Virus record (IMG/VR): IMGVR_UViG_3300028048_000083
Coordinates: 1 to 59,363 of that record
Source of the DNA: a virus
Taxonomy: Duplodnaviria > Heunggongvirae > Uroviricota > Caudoviricetes
Direction: 5' to 3' (one strand)
DNA length: 59,363 nt
Within the stretch, counting starts at the first letter, position 1. Each line of letters opens with the position of its first letter. This document shows, in pieces, positions 55,062 through 59,363 of this stretch. Below the pieces are notes generated by a model. That model did no database searches. It was not told the DNA's origin and saw only the letters and a program-made list of their open reading frames with translations. Made by a program: the position numbers and the translations under genes.

Positions 55062-55820
55062 ATGAACGAAAAAAGGGAATATATAAGAGAAAATTTGGGT
55101 ATTATAAACAAAATGATAGAAAATAAACGACCTAAATTTGAAATTGCTAGAGTTTTAGGTGTTAAATATGAAACATTAAATAAGTATTTAAAAGAGTTTG
55201 GAATTAAATATGAGGGAAACCCTAACAGAAAAGGTATTCCACATTTAGAAGGTAGAACCTTTATGGAGGAATATTTTAATGGGAATATAAATGTATCAGC
55301 ATCTACGTTACGAAGAAAATTAATAAAAAACGGGTTTAAAGATGAAAGATGTGAGTGTTGCGGATTAACAGAATGGATGGGTAAAAAAATACCATTAGAA
55401 CTGCATCATATTAATGGTAACCATAATGATAACAGATTAGAAAATTTACAAATATTATGTTCTAATTGTCATTCACTGGCACATGAATATAGTAATAGTA
55501 ACAATAAATCAAAAAATGTGGTTAATACAACCCTTTTAGAAAAGTGTTTATCTGGTGACAATAATACCGAAAGGCAAAAGAAAGAAAAAGAAAAAAATAT
55601 ACGATATTGTAAACACTGTGGGAAAAAATTAAAAAGTAACCAAAAAAATTACTGTTCACAAAATTGTGCTCATGCTCATGTTGCTAAAATACCATCCAAA
55701 AATGAATTAGTTAATAAATTAAATGAGTTTAATTGGAATAAAACGAAAACTGGTAAATATTTTGATGTTAGCGGTAACACTGTTAATAAATGGATTAAAA
55801 AATACGATATAATAAAATAA
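55062..55820 (+). CDS. HNH endonuclease with HTH domains
   Basis: LELHHINGNHNDNRLENLQILCSNCHS; paralog of 53846. Confidence 0.92.
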   Translation: MNEKREYIRENLGIINKMIENKRPKFEIARVLGVKYETLNKYLKEFGIKYEGNPNRKGIPHLEGRTFMEEYFNGNINVSASTLRRKLIKNGFKDERCECCGLTEWMGKKIPLELHHINGNHNDNRLENLQILCSNCHSLAHEYSNSNNKSKNVVNTTLLEKCLSGDNNTERQKKEKEKNIRYCKHCGKKLKSNQKNYCSQNCAHAHVAKIPSKNELVNKLNEFNWNKTKTGKYFDVSGNTVNKWIKKYDIIK

Positions 55821-55821
55821 T

Positions 55822-55898
55822 GCCACTGTGGGCAAAGTGGGAAAGTCGGCTATTTTAGGGGTAGCGTCATGTTGTCGGTTCGATTCCGACCAGTGGCA
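55822..55898 (+). tRNA. tRNA-Leu(TAG)
   Basis: GCTAT-TTTAGGG-GTAGC; perfect acceptor stem. Confidence 0.85.
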
Positions 55899-55990
55899 CA
55901 AAAACAATTTTCTGCAATTCACTGAAAAATTACTCAATTTACGGTTATTGTTTTGTAATTTGTATTTTTAAACCAATCATCAATTTGTTT

Positions 55991-56494
55991 ATGAAGAAAT
56001 TAATTATCATTCTTTTATGTTTAGTTTTTGCCAGTTGCCATGCGACGTATGATGTGACAATGCAGGATGATTTCACCAAAGCCAAGAACAATATGCTGTC
56101 GGTTTCCAGCGGATATGGTTACAGCTGGGTGAATGCGAACGCGCTTGACACAACCCTTTACGTATCTGAAGACCAATATACGCCAATTGGATATTTCACA
56201 CATGAACAACATGTTTTCTCGTCAGGAAAGGATACTGTTTTGCTTGATTTGCGGTATCGCCACAGGGCAATTACGGAAGTGAGGACAATCCCTTATGTGG
56301 AACAGATAACGGTCGGTTGTTCTGGAAACGCGGAACTGTGTGATACTTTATGTAATCTGTTCACAAACCCGCCAAAAACCAAAACCAGGGTGGTTACGGA
56401 AGAATCGCTTGTTGGTACATTGATTGGAGCCATGATACTGCCGATAATTTCCTTTCTAACCTTTACGGTGGTCAACGACGGACATTCTTTTTAA
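55991..56494 (+). CDS. putative lipoprotein with C-terminal TM segment
   Basis: MKKLIIILLCLVFASC lipobox. Confidence 0.75.
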   Translation: MKKLIIILLCLVFASCHATYDVTMQDDFTKAKNNMLSVSSGYGYSWVNANALDTTLYVSEDQYTPIGYFTHEQHVFSSGKDTVLLDLRYRHRAITEVRTIPYVEQITVGCSGNAELCDTLCNLFTNPPKTKTRVVTEESLVGTLIGAMILPIISFLTFTVVNDGHSF

Positions 56495-56571
56495 TTTTTG
56501 AAAAAAAATTTGTATATTAGAAATTAGAATATTTAATTAAATAATAACTAATAAAATTTAAATAAACTTTT

Positions 56572-57198
56572 ATGAAGAAAATTCTAATTCTGTTTATGGG
56601 TGTTGCTATGATGGGCATGATGTCATGCAACTCCTGCGGTCACAAGAAAGCCGTGTTCAACGGTTATGATGCCAATACCGTTATGGCAGCCGACAAAGCT
56701 GTTGCGGTCAGCATGTACGGTGACAGTGTGAGACACTATGAATGTCAAGTGAACTACAACAACACTTTCGACAGTGTTGATGGTGACAACATGATTGTCA
56801 AGGTCATGAACGTGTTCCAGTACAGCGATACGTCGCTTATGATTTACCATTTTGCTGATACTAGCGAAATCGGAAAACTGGTTGAATACGCAAACTCCAT
56901 TGAGAGCTATCACACCTATACAATCGACACCAACAAGACTGACTACACGTTTACTCTTATTGTAAACGACATTTGGTTGGAAGACCAGAATATGGGTATT
57001 GACAGTATCAATTTCACACTCGCCGACGCTTACGATATCTACATGAACTCAGACTATGTCAAGCCACATTCCAACTTTGTGGTTATCCGCCAGCCATTGT
57101 TCCCACCATTCCCAACAGCACCTTATTACATTTTTGGCAACATGTATGAATGTGCTGCAATCGACAGCAAAACTGGCGAATTTGTAGAGAATTTCTAA
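56572..57198 (+). CDS. putative lipoprotein
   Basis: MKKILILFMGVAMMGMMSC lipobox. Confidence 0.8.
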   Translation: MKKILILFMGVAMMGMMSCNSCGHKKAVFNGYDANTVMAADKAVAVSMYGDSVRHYECQVNYNNTFDSVDGDNMIVKVMNVFQYSDTSLMIYHFADTSEIGKLVEYANSIESYHTYTIDTNKTDYTFTLIVNDIWLEDQNMGIDSINFTLADAYDIYMNSDYVKPHSNFVVIRQPLFPPFPTAPYYIFGNMYECAAIDSKTGEFVENF

Positions 57199-57243
57199 AC
57201 AAACATAATATCCCATTCTGAAATATGGATGGGATTAAATTTT

Positions 57244-57314
57244 GCCCTCATCGTTCAACGGAAGGACATGGCCCTTCTAAAGCTAGAATTGGGGTTCGAA
57301 TCCCTATGGGGGTA
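57244..57314 (+). tRNA. tRNA-Arg(TCT)
   Basis: CTTCTAA loop; cloverleaf. Confidence 0.82.
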
Positions 57315-57340
57315 CAAAAATTCAAAATAAAAGTTGACCT

Positions 57341-57381
57341 CCTATTAGTTTTTATTGTCGTGTTCCTATTAGTTTTTATTG
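57341..57381 (+). repeat. 17-bp direct repeat (CCTATTAGTTTTTATTG x2)
   Basis: Copies at 57341 and 57365. Confidence 0.8.
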
Positions 57382-57514
57382 CTAAAAATATATAAATAAG
57401 AATAATTATCAGTAAATTATGACAATATTTGATGAAGAATTTTGGAAAGATAACGGTTATATATTAAATTGATAGTGTTGTTTATGAGCTAATAATTAAC
57501 TAAACATATAAATC

Positions 57515-57937
57515 ATGATTACAATTGAAATGTTGACTGCTGCGGTTTACAGTTTTATGGGACTGGCTGCTTTGGTTGTGGCTTTAACCCAGATTTTCAA
57601 AAACTGGTCAGCTGACAAGAAATGGTACAAGATTCCCGTATCCGAAAACAAGAAATGGCCAGGACACCTGCTTTCATTCATTGCCTCGTTCATTTGCAAT
57701 GCATGTGTTTTGGGTATTGGTCTCTACTATAACGTCGGAATATTCACCGCGTTCTGCTTGACCTGCCTGTCAAGTTGGTTGCTGTTTGTGGGCAGTTTTG
57801 TGTGCTGTGCACTGGTGGCTAACGGAACCTGGTCATATGAGTTTATGCAGAAAATACTGGAATGGATTAGGTTGCTCCCAACACCGACAAAAGCCAAGTC
57901 TCTTATTGTTGAGGACAAAGAGAAAGAACAACAATAA
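57515..57937 (+). CDS. holin-like multi-TM membrane protein
   Basis: 3-4 hydrophobic segments, charged C-terminal tail, near a cell-wall hydrolase; terminator follows. Confidence 0.55.
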   Translation: MITIEMLTAAVYSFMGLAALVVALTQIFKNWSADKKWYKIPVSENKKWPGHLLSFIASFICNACVLGIGLYYNVGIFTAFCLTCLSSWLLFVGSFVCCALVANGTWSYEFMQKILEWIRLLPTPTKAKSLIVEDKEKEQQ

Positions 57938-58031
57938 TATCCAATCATCAACACGAAAAGCCGCTCGTAATCGGGCGGCTTTTTTATTTTCCATTGTAAT
58001 GATATTTATTATATATATAACAACAATATCT

Positions 58032-58211
58032 ATGACATGGGTTGTCTTAATCGCATTAATAACAACAACGGTATCACTATCGTTGATGGTTAAGTACCGC
58101 AGGGAAGCCAGGAAACTGACTCATGCACTGACAAAACTGCGGGCAGACTATGCGAACATGGTTTACGACTGTTGCGTTCTGCAGGAAAAGGTCAACAGTA
58201 TGGAACAATAA
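58032..58211 (+). CDS. small membrane/coiled-coil protein
   Basis: MTWVVLIALITTTV...; late motif upstream. Confidence 0.6.
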   Translation: MTWVVLIALITTTVSLSLMVKYRREARKLTHALTKLRADYANMVYDCCVLQEKVNSMEQ

Positions 58212-58462
58212 AAGCGACCGCACCTACTTTACCTGCAACAACACTGACTGAACATTGTTATCATGATATGTTCTATTATTGCTCTAACCTTAACTACATT
58301 AAATGTCTGGCAACTGATAAATCAGCATCAGATTGTACCCTTGCCTGGGTTAGTGGCGTTGCCTCGACAGGTACATTTGTTAAAGCAGCATCTATGACAG
58401 ATTGGACTACTGGTGCAAGTGGCATACCTTCAGGATGGACAACTCAAAACGCAACGGTATAA
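58212..58462 (+). pseudogene. orphan 3' fragment of a BspA/LRR-like surface or fibre protein
   Basis: APTLPATTLTEHCYHDMF...IKCLAT...GTFVK...GIPSGWT; no credible start codon. Confidence 0.7.
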
Positions 58463-58636
58463 CACTCAAACTACCATCTTCACGTCACAGTAGTCAAACA
58501 TACTGGATATATGGATTAAGCGGACAATATTGTCCGCTTTTTTTCATTTTTTCAATTAACAAATTTTTTGTATATTAATACAGAAAAAATGGATTGAATT
58601 CGGTTATTCCTATGTAAATTTCAAAAATATCAGATT

Positions 58637-59363
58637 ATGGAAGACATAGAAATGAAAGAAGTTTTCTCTTTATGGAAATCGGCGATTGTATCCACGGCAA
58701 AGCTCATATGGAAACACACCGTGGTATTCAGCAAATGGTTTGCTGGGGAAGTCAAGGCTTTTGTGAAAGGTGCAACTTGGATTACATGTTTTTTCGTGTT
58801 ACTTGCAATATCGTTGTTGTGCATTAGTTTTTCCAACGCAACAAGGTATACCAAATTAGTCGGAAAATATGAAGACAAGATAGATTCATTGGGCAACTGC
58901 ATTGACTCGCTGGACTACATAAACAAAAACGAGATTTTGGCTGTCAAGGCTGGGGAGTATCACATGACACCGCACAATTCGACCGAGAAAATCACCAAGG
59001 ACAGTGTCGCATCGCTGTTGAACTCCCTTCAGGCTTGGTACCCCGACATAATAATGGCACAAATTCAGACTGAAAGCTGTTTCGGCACTTCTGACGTGGC
59101 TAAGAATGCAAACAACCTTGTTGGCATGAAAAAGACAAACAAGCGCAGGACAACACAAATCAAAAACCAGGATTACAAAGGGTATGGGATGTACAACAAC
59201 TGGGAGTCGTGCGTCATTGACCGAGTGATGTGGGACTATGCCTGTTTCGGGAAGAAGAAACCGTCGAGAAAGGCTTATGTTGAGCATTTGAATTCATGCT
59301 ATGCCAAAAGCCGACAATACGGCACAACGATGGACGAATACAGCAAATCATACAAAAAGTATC
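58637..59363 (+). CDS. membrane-anchored glucosaminidase/FlgJ-like cell-wall hydrolase (3'-truncated by window)
   Basis: Open to the window end (absent from ORF track); TM segment, then IMAQIQTESCFG...NNLVGMK...YNNWESCVID. Confidence 0.8.
   Translation, partial: MEDIEMKEVFSLWKSAIVSTAKLIWKHTVVFSKWFAGEVKAFVKGATWITCFFVLLAISLLCISFSNATRYTKLVGKYEDKIDSLGNCIDSLDYINKNEILAVKAGEYHMTPHNSTEKITKDSVASLLNSLQAWYPDIIMAQIQTESCFGTSDVAKNANNLVGMKKTNKRRTTQIKNQDYKGYGMYNNWESCVIDRVMWDYACFGKKKPSRKAYVEHLNSCYAKSRQYGTTMDEYSKSYKKY

Noticed and set aside
38850-55111. ORF-track entries overlapping tRNA/ncRNA genes (e.g. 38850-39470, 39397-39648, 45201-45422, 53295-53669)
   Set aside because: Spurious translations of RNA genes or promoter DNA.
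58886-59287. Minus-strand 133-aa ORF
   Set aside because: Antisense to the plus-strand hydrolase gene, which the track missed because it has no stop within the window.
1-59363. Genome-wide TAG-to-Gln recoding (code 15)
   Set aside because: Long genes are open in the standard code and several genes end in TAG directly before tRNAs or convergent genes; only one convincing in-frame TAG was found.

Overview
This window is from a large (jumbo-type) phage, most likely infecting a Bacteroidota host such as Prevotella. The host inference rests on a Bacteroides-type OmpA, rrn-like boxA leaders, a GxxNY..AA tmRNA tag and Bacteroidota 23S-like sequence. It has four parts. (1) 1-39 kb: protein genes including dnaK (split by a group I intron carrying a nuclease ORF), dnaJ, Nudix, P-loop kinase, macrodomain, DNA methyltransferase, IF3, a sigma70 factor, CCA-adding enzyme, YqeY, three metallophosphoesterases (one with an in-frame stop), an RNA ligase, OmpA, an ArdC-like protein and a duplicated ADP-ribosyltransferase-like protein. 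(2) 38.9-39.3 kb: tandem promoters and a boxA leader. (3) 39.3-57.3 kb: an RNA-gene array with about 30 tRNA or tRNA-like genes and six interspersed homing-type endonucleases. (4) 57.5 kb to the end: holin-like and glucosaminidase-like genes. The most unusual content is in the RNA array: a repeated stem-ACAGCAA RNA module found both free-standing (4 copies) and circularly permuted inside two tRNA anticodon stems at position 29/30; a circularly permuted two-piece tmRNA; a stand-alone mimic of the 23S rRNA L11-binding centre with a ~155-nt insertion; a tRNA nested in another tRNA's anticodon; an amber-suppressor tRNA 50 nt downstream of a gene that appears to need TAG read-through; and a minimal IS607-like omegaRNA element. 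All RNA folds were derived by eye and family names come from motif recognition, not database searches.
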